Below are positions 54,237 through 63,824 of a stretch of DNA of 64,000 nt, piece by piece. Made by a program: the position numbers and the translations under genes. The DNA comes from a virus (Duplodnaviria > Caudoviricetes). Position 1 is the first letter of the stretch, and every line of letters begins with the position of its first letter. The stretch lies in the IMG/VR virus record IMGVR_UViG_3300011435_000001, positions 1 to 64,000 of that record; one strand, 5' to 3'. Below the pieces are notes generated by a model. That model was not told the DNA's origin. It saw only the letters and a list, made by a program, of their open reading frames with translations, and did no database searches.

Positions 54237-54863
54237 TTGATGTCAAGGGACCACGAGAGTCTCCAAAACTTTCCAGCCGGGCGCGATACCCGGAGCGTGT
54301 GCCAATTTATGGAAAACGAGTTTTGCAAAACTCTGGTCCCAACGGAGTGCATCTCCTATCCGCGCTCCGGTCACCACGCTCTGGTGGACCTGCTGCGTGT
54401 TTACTTCGAGGACTCCTTCGTCTACGGCGAAATCTACCGCGACCCCGCGGCCACGCTGGGCAATCTTCTCCCTCCGGTCAACTACCAGAAGAACCACGAC
54501 TTCGGCCTGCTCACTCCCGTTCTGCCCGAGCGGCAGTATCTCGTGCAGGTCCGCAACCCGCTCGAGTCCATCGAGAGCTGGGAAGTTTTCGACCGGCGTG
54601 TCGGGCACATCCCCGAGACGCACGAGGCCCGCTTGGACTTCTGGACAGCGTTTGTCAAGAAGTGGGTGTTCGCAGACATCCCGAACCGTCTTGTGGTCTG
54701 TTACGAGGACCTCGTTGGAGCCCCGCTGGAAACCTGCACGGCAGTTATCCAGTTCTTGACGAAGACGCAGAACGTCGACACAACCCATCTGTCGCGCTGC
54801 CTAGAACGCAGCCCGCTCAAGCGCCGCCGCCCGCACGTCCCGCGCCTCTACTTAAAGGCTTGA
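54237..54863 (+). CDS. Sulfotransferase-domain protein
   Basis: 5'-PSB 'ISYPRSGHH', 3'-PB 'QVRNPLESIES', 'VVCYEDLV'. Confidence 0.75.
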   Translation: MMSRDHESLQNFPAGRDTRSVCQFMENEFCKTLVPTECISYPRSGHHALVDLLRVYFEDSFVYGEIYRDPAATLGNLLPPVNYQKNHDFGLLTPVLPERQYLVQVRNPLESIESWEVFDRRVGHIPETHEARLDFWTAFVKKWVFADIPNRLVVCYEDLVGAPLETCTAVIQFLTKTQNVDTTHLSRCLERSPLKRRRPHVPRLYLKA

Positions 54864-54897
54864 CTTTTCCCGCCGACGGGGACTTCTTTCGGTAGTT

Positions 54898-55089
54898 ATG
54901 CCGAAAGAAATCACTGCACACGACCCTCGTAGTTTCAACGACGAAGAGGACTACCGCAACGCCGAAATGGGCAAGGGTGCCTCCTGCAACCCGAGCGGCC
55001 CCGACCCGTCGACCAAGCCAAAGGGCAAGTTCAACGAGAGCTACGACAGCGGAGCCCGTCCGGGCCCCTCGACCAACACCAAGGTCTAA
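54898..55089 (+). CDS. Small hydrophilic hypothetical protein
   Basis: 63-aa ORF. Confidence 0.45.
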   Translation: MPKEITAHDPRSFNDEEDYRNAEMGKGASCNPSGPDPSTKPKGKFNESYDSGARPGPSTNTKV

Positions 55090-55096
55090 GTCCCCC

Positions 55097-56047
55097 ATGC
55101 GTGCAACTGTTGCTGGCGCCACCGGCTTTGTTGGCCGCGCCTTGGTCAAGCACCTGCGAGAGCACGGCTCGTATGTCCGGCCCGTGAGCCGTAGTCTGGG
55201 CTTCGACCTCCGAAACCCCGACGAGGCTTACCTCGCCACGGACGACGTCGACCACGTCTTCAACCTCGCCGCGCAGGTGGGCGGCATCGGCTTCATCGAA
55301 GCGAACGACGCCGACTGCATTTTCTCTTCGGTCATAAACGCGAACCTGCTCCGCGCGTGCGCCGCATCCCGCAATCCGCCGCGCTACTTCTACGCCAGCT
55401 CGAGCTGTGTATACCCCGGAGGGCCTTACCCGATGCAGGAGCAGCAGGCGCTCCCCGCGATGCCCCACACCGGCTACGGTTGGGACAAGATTTTTTCTGA
55501 GCAAATGTGCTGGGCCTTCGAGAAGGACAAGAATGTTCCCGTGGTCGTCGCGCGATTCCACACGCTTTACGGACCCGGAGACTCGAGGCCAACGGGACGC
55601 GAGCACGTCATCGAAGCGCTGTGCAAAAAGTTTGTAGTCGCCAAGTTGAGCGGGACACGCGAAATCGAAATCTGGGGCGACGGAACGCAGACGCGCAGCT
55701 TTCTTTACATCGACGATTGCGTGGAAGGGATTTTGCGAATGGCTGACGTTCGCGGCTACGTTCGACATCTCCCCGCGCTGAACCTCGCGCACCCGAAGCC
55801 GTATTCCGTCAATGAGATTGTGGACCTGCTCGAGGAAATTTCTGGCATCCACCCCTTGCGGCACTATCAAGCGAACGCGCCGACCGGAATCCTCCACAAG
55901 ACCTCCGACAACGCGGCGCTTCGCGCCGCTCTAAACTGGGAGCCACCGACGCTTCTCCCCTACGGGCTCGAAAAGACCTACCGGGACCTTTTTGACCGGG
56001 CGCTGAGAAACGACGTGTGGCAAACTTCCCATCTCGACACCCGATGA
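55097..56047 (+). CDS. NAD-dependent epimerase, GDP-mannose 3,5-epimerase-like
   Basis: 'GATGFVG', 'NLAAQVGGIGFI', 'YASSSCVY', 'YGWDK', 'RFHTLYGP', 'IWGDGTQTRSFLYIDDCVEG'. Confidence 0.85.
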   Translation: MRATVAGATGFVGRALVKHLREHGSYVRPVSRSLGFDLRNPDEAYLATDDVDHVFNLAAQVGGIGFIEANDADCIFSSVINANLLRACAASRNPPRYFYASSSCVYPGGPYPMQEQQALPAMPHTGYGWDKIFSEQMCWAFEKDKNVPVVVARFHTLYGPGDSRPTGREHVIEALCKKFVVAKLSGTREIEIWGDGTQTRSFLYIDDCVEGILRMADVRGYVRHLPALNLAHPKPYSVNEIVDLLEEISGIHPLRHYQANAPTGILHKTSDNAALRAALNWEPPTLLPYGLEKTYRDLFDRALRNDVWQTSHLDTR

Positions 56048-56805
56048 AGCAGACAGCCGAGCAAGAAACGACGAGAATGCAATCGAAAACATTAAATCCG
56101 TTCACTCTCGTGTCGGTGCATGGTTATTATGGTGACTCCGCGCAGATTCGGCAGATGCTCCGCTATCAGGAGCACCACCAGTGCCCGCTCATCGTTGTCT
56201 CACCCGTCGACTCGCGCATCGACAGGATGGGGCCGCACATCTGCCGCTTCGCGGGCAAGCGCGCCTACATCGGCGACCTTTCTCTGGAGAGACAGTTCGC
56301 ACAGATGCGCGTGCTGTTGGAATACCCGTTCGAGTATTTCCTCGCCAACGACTCCGACTCACTCTGCATCTCCCCGCGCATACCCGAGTATCTCTACAGC
56401 GACCCGCACAACTTCTGGTCGAATGAGGTCAGCGACATGATGCACCAACGCAAGCCCGGCTACCGGTGGCCTCGGCAAGCTTTTCAGCCGCCCTACTTTT
56501 TCTCCCGCCGAATCCTCGAGGCGATGATAAAGACCGAGGGCACGTTTGAATATGACCAGCAGACCCCTTTCATCGACTGGCTGATGATGGCGATTTGCTT
56601 CGCTGGAGAAATCCCGCACAAGAATTTTCGTGACGGAGTGAGCTGCCCGACTTCGGACCACCACAGCCGCCGCCACATGTGCAATCACATCACCCATCGC
56701 GGAGCGGTGATGTTGCATTCTGTCAAGACTCCGACGGCCCTTCAGGATATTGTCTCGGCGCGGCACCAGTTCAATCGAGTGAGGGGCAATGGAATCAAGC
56801 TGTGA
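56044..56805 (+). CDS. Putative glycosyltransferase (DxD)
   Basis: 'FEYFLANDSDSL' after a GT-A-like beta strand; next to the epimerase. Confidence 0.45.
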   Translation: MKQTAEQETTRMQSKTLNPFTLVSVHGYYGDSAQIRQMLRYQEHHQCPLIVVSPVDSRIDRMGPHICRFAGKRAYIGDLSLERQFAQMRVLLEYPFEYFLANDSDSLCISPRIPEYLYSDPHNFWSNEVSDMMHQRKPGYRWPRQAFQPPYFFSRRILEAMIKTEGTFEYDQQTPFIDWLMMAICFAGEIPHKNFRDGVSCPTSDHHSRRHMCNHITHRGAVMLHSVKTPTALQDIVSARHQFNRVRGNGIKL

Positions 56806-58697
56806 TTCCCGAGTCGACAAAGGCTCTCATCGAGAAGCTTTCGGTCCTCCTGCATAAGGAGCAGCCCATCGAGGCCGCTCGTCTGCTACTCAAGGACGCG
56901 GGCCGCGAGGACAAGGTCGAAACCAAGACGGAGGCCTACGCGGTGCTCACCCCCCTGCTGCACTACTGCCTCAACAACGGCGGGCACGCAGAGGCGGCGC
57001 AACTGTGCTGGGGCTCGACGCTTTTCACCCCGAAGCCCGAGTCCACGCAGCGAGTCTGGCGCGCGTTCGACACGGACAGCTTCATCCTGCTCATGGGCGC
57101 GGCGTCCATGTCGAAGTCCTACTCAATGGGCGTTCGCCTGATGCTCGAGTGGATTCGCGACCCGGAGTTCACCACCGTCCAAGTCCTCGGCCCATCAGAG
57201 AACCATCTTGAAGACAACCTTTTCTCCCACCTCGTCGAACTCCACCGCAGCTCCACCATCCCGCTGCCCGGGGTGGTCGGGAAACTTTTTATCGGCCTTG
57301 ACTCCCGAAAGCGCCGCGGCGCAATTCGGGGAGTTGTGGTTCCACTGGGAAAAAAAGCCGCAGGACGGGTCCAAGGAACAAAGCGGTTCAACCGAAAGAA
57401 ACCCCACCCCATTTTCGGTGCTCTTAGCCGGATGTTCGTCTTCCTTGATGAAATGGTGAACATCCCGAAAGGGATTTGGAAAGACATCGACAACTTGCTG
57501 GCGAACGCGCAGGGCGACGACGGTCTGAAAATCATCGGGGCCTTCAACCCGACGGACCCGCAGGACGAAGTCGGCAAGCGCTGCGAGCCGAGCGGCGGAT
57601 GGGCCGGATTCGACGCAGACCGAGACTTCGATTGGAAGTCCGTCCGCGGTTGGCGCGTAGTCCGACTCGACGCAAAGTTTTCCGAGAACGTCCAGACGGG
57701 CAAGATGATTTACTCTGGCCTCCAGACCAAGGAGGGCTTCGACTTCATCATCGCCAACGCGGGCGGCACGGACTCGCCCGGCTACTGGACGATGGCGCGC
57801 GGCTGTTTCCCTCCCACGGGTGTCTGCATGGCTGTCATCCCCGGCGGGATGCTCAACAAGTTCAAGGGTGAGTTCATCTGGCTCGAGACGCCGAACGAGT
57901 GCGCGGGCTTCGACCCGGCGCTTCAGGGCAAAGACGCGGCGTATTTCGCCAAGGGAAAATTCGGAGTCGCCTCCGGCATCAAGCTTCCGCCCACGGTGGA
58001 CGCGCCGAACGGGGTGACAATCTTTTTCAAGAATCGCGTAGGCCACAACGCCCCCCGTTGGGCGCTCCAACTCGAGGCTCTGTTCAAGATGCCGAAGCCG
58101 CAGGGGGACTCACCAAGCCAAGAGATGGCGGAGGCGGTCGTCAAGATTTGCCGACAGCTTTACGTCAAGCCCGGGTGGCTGTGCATGGACCGCACGGGCA
58201 ACGGGCAGGGAGTCTACGACATCGTCAAATACATTTGGTCCACCGAAGTCCAAGGCGTGAACTACTCCGAGGGCGCCACTGACCGAAAAATCATGGCGGA
58301 GGACACGAAGACGCCAGACGAACTCTACGACCGGGTGCAGACGGAGCTGTGGTTTCTGATGCGGAAGTTAATCGAGTTCGACTACGCGAAGGTGCTGCCC
58401 TCCGCGGACACCTCCGACCTCATCTCGCAGCTCGGCACCCGCTGGTTCCGCGCCACAGGAAAAATTTCCAAGGTTGAGTCGAAGGACGACTACAAGCTCC
58501 GCAACCAAGCGAACTCCCCGGACGAAGCGGACGCCGTGTCTCTGCTTTTCTACGGCGCGCGCAACGCGGCGCAGGTCACGTTCGGCATGACCCCGGAGAA
58601 CACTTCCGCCGAAGGCTTCGACGACGACTACAATTCCCCCGACTATCGCGTCGACGTCACTAACCAATTTGAGTCGTTACCCGACGACAACTTTTGA
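56802..58697 (+). CDS. terL: Terminase large subunit
   Basis: Walker A-like 'MGAASMSKS', Walker B 'VFLDE', 'GAFNP', RNase H-like 'FDPA...DAAYF', 'MDRTGNG', 'SPDEADA'; GTG start overlapping upstream TGA. Confidence 0.85.
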   Translation: MIPESTKALIEKLSVLLHKEQPIEAARLLLKDAGREDKVETKTEAYAVLTPLLHYCLNNGGHAEAAQLCWGSTLFTPKPESTQRVWRAFDTDSFILLMGAASMSKSYSMGVRLMLEWIRDPEFTTVQVLGPSENHLEDNLFSHLVELHRSSTIPLPGVVGKLFIGLDSRKRRGAIRGVVVPLGKKAAGRVQGTKRFNRKKPHPIFGALSRMFVFLDEMVNIPKGIWKDIDNLLANAQGDDGLKIIGAFNPTDPQDEVGKRCEPSGGWAGFDADRDFDWKSVRGWRVVRLDAKFSENVQTGKMIYSGLQTKEGFDFIIANAGGTDSPGYWTMARGCFPPTGVCMAVIPGGMLNKFKGEFIWLETPNECAGFDPALQGKDAAYFAKGKFGVASGIKLPPTVDAPNGVTIFFKNRVGHNAPRWALQLEALFKMPKPQGDSPSQEMAEAVVKICRQLYVKPGWLCMDRTGNGQGVYDIVKYIWSTEVQGVNYSEGATDRKIMAEDTKTPDELYDRVQTELWFLMRKLIEFDYAKVLPSADTSDLISQLGTRWFRATGKISKVESKDDYKLRNQANSPDEADAVSLLFYGARNAAQVTFGMTPENTSAEGFDDDYNSPDYRVDVTNQFESLPDDNF

Positions 58698-58698
58698 T

Positions 58699-59274
58699 AT
58701 GCTGACAATGAATCCCAACATTTGGCCGGACGGCGGATGGTTTTTCAAGGACGCCGAAGGGACCAAACACCGGGCCAGCAGTTTCCCCGCGCTGGTGAAA
58801 CTCGTCATTGAGTATCGGCAACGTCGCAGGCAGGACGTCGGAAACCCCACGCTCGAAATCATGACGCAACTTTGCGGGCGCAACCAAGGCTTCTGCAAAG
58901 ACACCAACGGGCCGGGTCCGATACCCGAGTCTCCCGACGGTAACATGATGGCGAAAGTCCTCAACTTCATGAACTGGCTCATTCAGGAAAAGCGGCTCGG
59001 GCACGTGCGACTCATCGACCGCAACGTCGCGCTCGCGCGTGCGAACATCTGCGCGCGATGCCCGCGTCAGCGCAGCCTCCCGACAACGTGCGGAAGCTGC
59101 AAGGCCAGCGTCGCCACGAGCCGCCGGGGCATCCTCGACGGCAACGACCCGGTCCACCAAGGCATCTCTGTGTGCGGAGCGCTCAACGAAGACGTCTGCA
59201 CCGTCGTCCACCTCGCCGTTCCGAGACGCAGCGATGAAACTTTGCCCGCGGAATGCTGGCGGAGGAACTGTTAA
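58699..59274 (+). CDS. Cys-rich hypothetical protein
   Basis: Multiple CxxC motifs (CARC, CGSC) and C-terminal 'PAECW'. Confidence 0.65.
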   Translation: MLTMNPNIWPDGGWFFKDAEGTKHRASSFPALVKLVIEYRQRRRQDVGNPTLEIMTQLCGRNQGFCKDTNGPGPIPESPDGNMMAKVLNFMNWLIQEKRLGHVRLIDRNVALARANICARCPRQRSLPTTCGSCKASVATSRRGILDGNDPVHQGISVCGALNEDVCTVVHLAVPRRSDETLPAECWRRNC

Positions 59275-59504
59275 TGGTTTTTCCCAACCCCTTTCAGGCA
59301 ATCCGGTCCTTTCACCGTTTGGTGAAAGCCTACTTTCGGGGCGACGCCTTCTTCGTCTCGGGCCGGGTGCTGAAAAAACGACGCAGAAAATGCAACACCT
59401 GCTTCCACCGAGACCCGCAGAGCGACCAGTGCCGCCTGTGCTCCTGCTTTTTGAGCGTAAAAACCCAGTTGACGACCGAGCGATGCCCAGTTGACAGGTG
59501 GTAA
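59274..59504 (+). CDS. DUF6171-like Cys-rich protein
   Basis: 'KCNTC...QCRLCSCFLSVK...RCPVDRW'. Confidence 0.7.
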   Translation: MVFPNPFQAIRSFHRLVKAYFRGDAFFVSGRVLKKRRRKCNTCFHRDPQSDQCRLCSCFLSVKTQLTTERCPVDRW

Positions 59505-59532
59505 AACCGCAAACCTCTTACTTGTGCCAGAA

Positions 59533-61656
59533 ATGACCAATCTCAACACCAACACCAGCGGCTATACTGGCGACACGCAGGGCGCCGTCTCCCCTCCCGA
59601 CATCTCATCGAGCCTCAAACCCCGCGCACGCGCCATCAAGGACGCCCGGCAGGCCGAAAATATCATCAAGTCGATGGAGGTGAACAACCGACACCGGAAT
59701 ATCAAGAACGCCAGAATCATGGCGAAGTATAATTCGGAGCGGCCTTACACTCACGACGCTCTGAAGCAGGACGGGCTGGACTGGAAAAGCAATTTCACGA
59801 CCAAGCCGCTCCCGATGCTCATCGACAAAGTGGCCCCGCGCTTCGTTTTGTCGGTTCAGTCGATGAAATACCTCACCAACGCGCATTTTCCGGACGACTT
59901 GCCGGGCGCGGATAAGAAAACCGAGGCTTTTCGTCGCGAGCTGACCAACTTGGTCCGCCAGAAGGCCGGTTGGAGCAATTTGCTGACCGAAGTCGCGCAG
60001 GAAAACGCACTTTTCGGCTTCTGCGCCGTCGGTTGGCTCAATCGCTTCGAGTGGTTCCCGAAATTCGTCCGACAAGACGAGTTTTTCGTCCCGACGGGCA
60101 CCAAACAGCACTCGGACAGCGCGCAAATCGTCGTCCTCAAGGAGCGCTACCTCATCCACGAGCTTTTCGGGCTGATTTCCGACAAAGATGCCGCGCAGGC
60201 CACCGGCTGGGACATCAAGGAGACGGTCACCGCCATCAACAACGCAGTCCCCGAGGACCGTCGCGCCCAATACTCGAATTGGGAGCGTCTTTACGAGGAT
60301 TTGATTCGCGAGAGCAACGTCGGCATCTCGCACGAGCAAGGCGCACGAATCATCGAGACGTGGCACTTGCTGGCGCGCGAAACTTCCGGAAAAGTCACTC
60401 ACTACATCTACACGGCACTCGGCTTCAAGGAAATTTACTGCAAGGAAGACAAGTTCGAGAACATGTCGGACGCCTGCGCGTTCTTTTCCTTCCAGCACGG
60501 CAACGGAAACATCCACGGCTCGAAGGGAATTGGCCGCGAGATTTATTCTCTCGCCGCGATGCTCGACCGCACACGCAACGAAGTGGCTGACCGCCTGAAT
60601 CTCAGCGGCAAGCTGGTCATCCAAGCGGACGACAAGGCGCTCAAGAAATTTAGAATGAGTGTGGTCGGCAATACCATCCTCATCGGCAAGGGCTACGAGG
60701 TCCTCGACCGAAAAATCGAAGCCGAGGTCGAACCGTTCCTCCAGCTCGACCAGTTCCTCACCGCCCTGCTCGACCAAATTGCCGGAGCGACCACGCCCCG
60801 CGTGTTCGAGGGCGAACGCGTCACCAAGGCGCAGGTAGACTTTTTCGCGCAACGCGAGGGCGAGTCGAAGGACAACATCATCGGTAGGTTCCTGAATCAG
60901 TTCGTCGACATGATGACGACCATTCAGAAACGCGCCTGTGACCCGAACACCAACGAAGCCGACGCGCTCGACATGCAGCGACGACTCCTGTTGATTATGT
61001 CCCGGGAAGAACTCGACTATATCGCCAACCAGCGTGTGGCCGAAACCGTCCGCGACTACACTGACCTCGAGCGGCAGCAGGTTATTCTCATCGCGCAGGA
61101 AGGTCGGGGTAACCCGCTCTATAACGCGAAGGAACTTGAACGCCGCAAGCTCACCGCGCAGGTTGACGAAGAGTTCGCCAACGCCGTGTTGCTCCCTGAC
61201 AACGACCCGACGGAACAGGCCGAGCAGAGCCGCCAGCAGATGATTGAGCTGGACTTGCTCACGCGTCACGCAACGCAGATTCCGGTGTCCCCGCGGGACA
61301 GCCACATGATTCACTTGCAGCTCTTGGTGCCCGCGCTCGAGTCCACGGCTCAGGCGATTGTCCAAGACCCTTCACAGGTGGAGACCCTGAAAGCGATGCT
61401 CGCGCACGCGACCGCACATTTTCAGATGGCGGTGCAGGCGGGAGTGGACAAGAACGAACTCGCCCCCATCAGCGAACTGTTGAACCAGCTCACCAAAGCC
61501 CTTCCGGAACTCGAGGCCAACGCTCAGCAGAACGCCGAGCAGCAGCAGATGGCGGAGGGCAACCAGATTCAGTCGAGCATTGACCAGACCGGCGCGCTCC
61601 CAGCGGTTGCAGCGGGCGCGCCTCAGATGGCCTCCCCGTTGACCCCCACGCTATGA
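59533..61656 (+). CDS. Portal protein (podoviral head-tail connector type)
   Basis: About 700 aa after TerL; helical, with a Gln-rich C-terminal barrel-like tail. Confidence 0.7.
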   Translation: MTNLNTNTSGYTGDTQGAVSPPDISSSLKPRARAIKDARQAENIIKSMEVNNRHRNIKNARIMAKYNSERPYTHDALKQDGLDWKSNFTTKPLPMLIDKVAPRFVLSVQSMKYLTNAHFPDDLPGADKKTEAFRRELTNLVRQKAGWSNLLTEVAQENALFGFCAVGWLNRFEWFPKFVRQDEFFVPTGTKQHSDSAQIVVLKERYLIHELFGLISDKDAAQATGWDIKETVTAINNAVPEDRRAQYSNWERLYEDLIRESNVGISHEQGARIIETWHLLARETSGKVTHYIYTALGFKEIYCKEDKFENMSDACAFFSFQHGNGNIHGSKGIGREIYSLAAMLDRTRNEVADRLNLSGKLVIQADDKALKKFRMSVVGNTILIGKGYEVLDRKIEAEVEPFLQLDQFLTALLDQIAGATTPRVFEGERVTKAQVDFFAQREGESKDNIIGRFLNQFVDMMTTIQKRACDPNTNEADALDMQRRLLLIMSREELDYIANQRVAETVRDYTDLERQQVILIAQEGRGNPLYNAKELERRKLTAQVDEEFANAVLLPDNDPTEQAEQSRQQMIELDLLTRHATQIPVSPRDSHMIHLQLLVPALESTAQAIVQDPSQVETLKAMLAHATAHFQMAVQAGVDKNELAPISELLNQLTKALPELEANAQQNAEQQQMAEGNQIQSSIDQTGALPAVAAGAPQMASPLTPTL

Positions 61657-62000
61657 TAATCTTCGCGCCGAAAACCGTCGAGTGGACATCAGACGACGCC
61701 GCTCGTCTCAAAGAGTTTTTGAACTCGCCGACCGGCACTCGCATGTTGGAGGTCCTTGACATCGCTTCGCCCGAAATCACAGACGGCGCGCACGCCCACA
61801 AAGCGCTCGTCATGTCTGGCCGAGTGGCGCAGCACAAGGAAACCCTCGAGACCATTTTCCGCCTGACCTACGAGAACCCGAACGAGCCCGTCGTTCAGGA
61901 CACGCCGAGCACAAACTACAAGTCGCTCGATGACGACGACGCGTGGGCGGAAGAAGACAAAGCGGCGCTTGACAAAAGCAAGAATCCGACAACCTCTTGA
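61653..62000 (+). CDS. Hypothetical head-associated protein
   Basis: Small ORF between portal and scaffold. Confidence 0.55.
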   Translation: MIIFAPKTVEWTSDDAARLKEFLNSPTGTRMLEVLDIASPEITDGAHAHKALVMSGRVAQHKETLETIFRLTYENPNEPVVQDTPSTNYKSLDDDDAWAEEDKAALDKSKNPTTS

Positions 62001-62028
62001 GTGCAGTTAAAATACGAACCGTGTGCCT

Positions 62029-63363
62029 ATGCCCGACATCACTACTCCGCCCGCTCCTGACCTAGCCTCCATCCCACCCGGGGTGAGCCTCAACCCAGAC
62101 CCCGCCGCCGTCGCCGATACCGGCGCCGCGCTGGACGCCCTTTTCAAGCCCATCGACGTTCCCGAGACCCCGGAACCCAGACCAATTGTGCCCACGCCCG
62201 CGGCGCCTCCGGCTGAACCGCCGAAGCCCGTGGCCGGAGCACCCGTCGTCCCCGAGCTGCGACCCGGAGTTCCAGCCCTGCCCGGGCTGCCCGTCGCCCC
62301 TGCCGCTCCCGTCGTCACTCCCGCCGCGCCGGTCGTCCCTGAGCCGGTGAAGGACGAGTTCGATGCCGTGCAGCTCCCGCCGCACACCAAGTCGGAAGTT
62401 GCTCAGTCTTTCGACAAGTTGAAGCAGACCTCTCGCGACCGCCTCGCCGCGCTTGCCAAGGAGCGCGACGAAGCCGCGGCCCGCGCCAAGGAACTCGAAA
62501 GCCGACCGGCTGTCGACCCGAAGGTCGAGGCTGAGCTGAAAGAGCTGCGCGAGTTTCGCCAGAAGATGGACGTGGAAGCTGACCCGACTTTCAAGGAATA
62601 CATCCAAGAGAGTCAGGCCAACGACACCGCCATCTGGACCAAGCTGAAAGAGGCCGGAGCGAACGACGCGACGCTCGAGAAGATGAAGTCCATCGGGACG
62701 AAGGAACTCGACTGGGAAATCATCCTCGAGAAACTTCCGCCGGTCACCCGGCGCTACGTCGAGAATAAGCTCGCCGTGAACGAGGACCTGCACGACCAGC
62801 GCGCTCGCGCCATCGAGGCCGCGAAAAGCAACGCGTCCGAATTCCTCGCCGAGCGCGAGAAGTCGCAGACGCAGGACGAGCTGGCCCACTACGCGCGCGC
62901 GGAGGAACACTTCGGCAAGGTGTCCACGCAGTTGCCGTGGTTCCAAATCCAGAAGGTCGAAGCGACTGCGACGCCCGAACAGCGCGCCGCCATCGAAGCG
63001 GAGAACAAGTTTTACCTCGCCACCCGTGACCAAGTCACGAAGATGTTGAAGGACCCGTCTCCCGAGATGCGCTCCATCGCCGCCCTCGGCTACGCACAGA
63101 TGCTGCGGTTGCAGGAAGAGATTCCCGCGCTCCAAGCGGAGCACGCCGCCGAGAAGAAAGGGCTGGCCGACGAAGTCGCGAAGCTCACGGCGCAAATCAA
63201 GGAGAAGGACGAGTTCATCGCCCGACTCAAGGGGGCCTCTCGCACCGTTCTTCGCGAGGGCACCGCGCCCGCTCCCGGCGGCGCAGCCGCTCAGCCCACG
63301 ATTCACGAACACGGCTCAGTCGCTATTGACCGGCTTCGAGCCGAACAAACGGCGGGCGCGTGA
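62029..63363 (+). CDS. Putative capsid scaffolding protein
   Basis: Pro-rich N-terminus then acidic coiled coil, downstream of portal. Confidence 0.6.
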   Translation: MPDITTPPAPDLASIPPGVSLNPDPAAVADTGAALDALFKPIDVPETPEPRPIVPTPAAPPAEPPKPVAGAPVVPELRPGVPALPGLPVAPAAPVVTPAAPVVPEPVKDEFDAVQLPPHTKSEVAQSFDKLKQTSRDRLAALAKERDEAAARAKELESRPAVDPKVEAELKELREFRQKMDVEADPTFKEYIQESQANDTAIWTKLKEAGANDATLEKMKSIGTKELDWEIILEKLPPVTRRYVENKLAVNEDLHDQRARAIEAAKSNASEFLAEREKSQTQDELAHYARAEEHFGKVSTQLPWFQIQKVEATATPEQRAAIEAENKFYLATRDQVTKMLKDPSPEMRSIAALGYAQMLRLQEEIPALQAEHAAEKKGLADEVAKLTAQIKEKDEFIARLKGASRTVLREGTAPAPGGAAAQPTIHEHGSVAIDRLRAEQTAGA

Positions 63364-63824
63364 AATTTCCAAGCGTGCCGTTGTGGAGGGTGCAGTGGTT
63401 CATCACTGACATCCGCAGAGCCCTCTCCAACTTTTTCAACCCCGACCGCAAGTATCACTTGGAGCGCGTGGGCCGCGCCTCCGAAGACCCGAACTTCAAG
63501 TTCGAGATGCTCGATGGGTGCCTCAACGCTCTCATCAGCAAAGAAACAGGGTGCATAGTCTTCGAGCGGAAGACCGGTGGGCTATCCCCGATGAACATGG
63601 TGTTCATCCTGCTGTTCCTCGAACAGAACCCGAAGGCAAAGGCGTTTCTCGCAGACGCCCTGATTCCTTTCCAGCACCACGGCATCGCGCCGCGCACCTT
63701 CCAAGAGGCGAAGGACGGCAAGACGTGGACGCAGCTTCTCGAAGAGTCGAAAGCCGGGACGCGCGGGACCCCGTTGAGACGGTGGTCTGAAATCACCGCA
63801 GAACTAGAAAAACAACCAAAGTGA
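63360..63824 (+). CDS. Hypothetical protein
   Basis: 154-aa ORF, GTGA coupling. Confidence 0.55.
   Translation: MKFPSVPLWRVQWFITDIRRALSNFFNPDRKYHLERVGRASEDPNFKFEMLDGCLNALISKETGCIVFERKTGGLSPMNMVFILLFLEQNPKAKAFLADALIPFQHHGIAPRTFQEAKDGKTWTQLLEESKAGTRGTPLRRWSEITAELEKQPK

Noticed and set aside
59605-61365. 586-aa - strand ORF
   Set aside because: Antisense shadow of the portal gene
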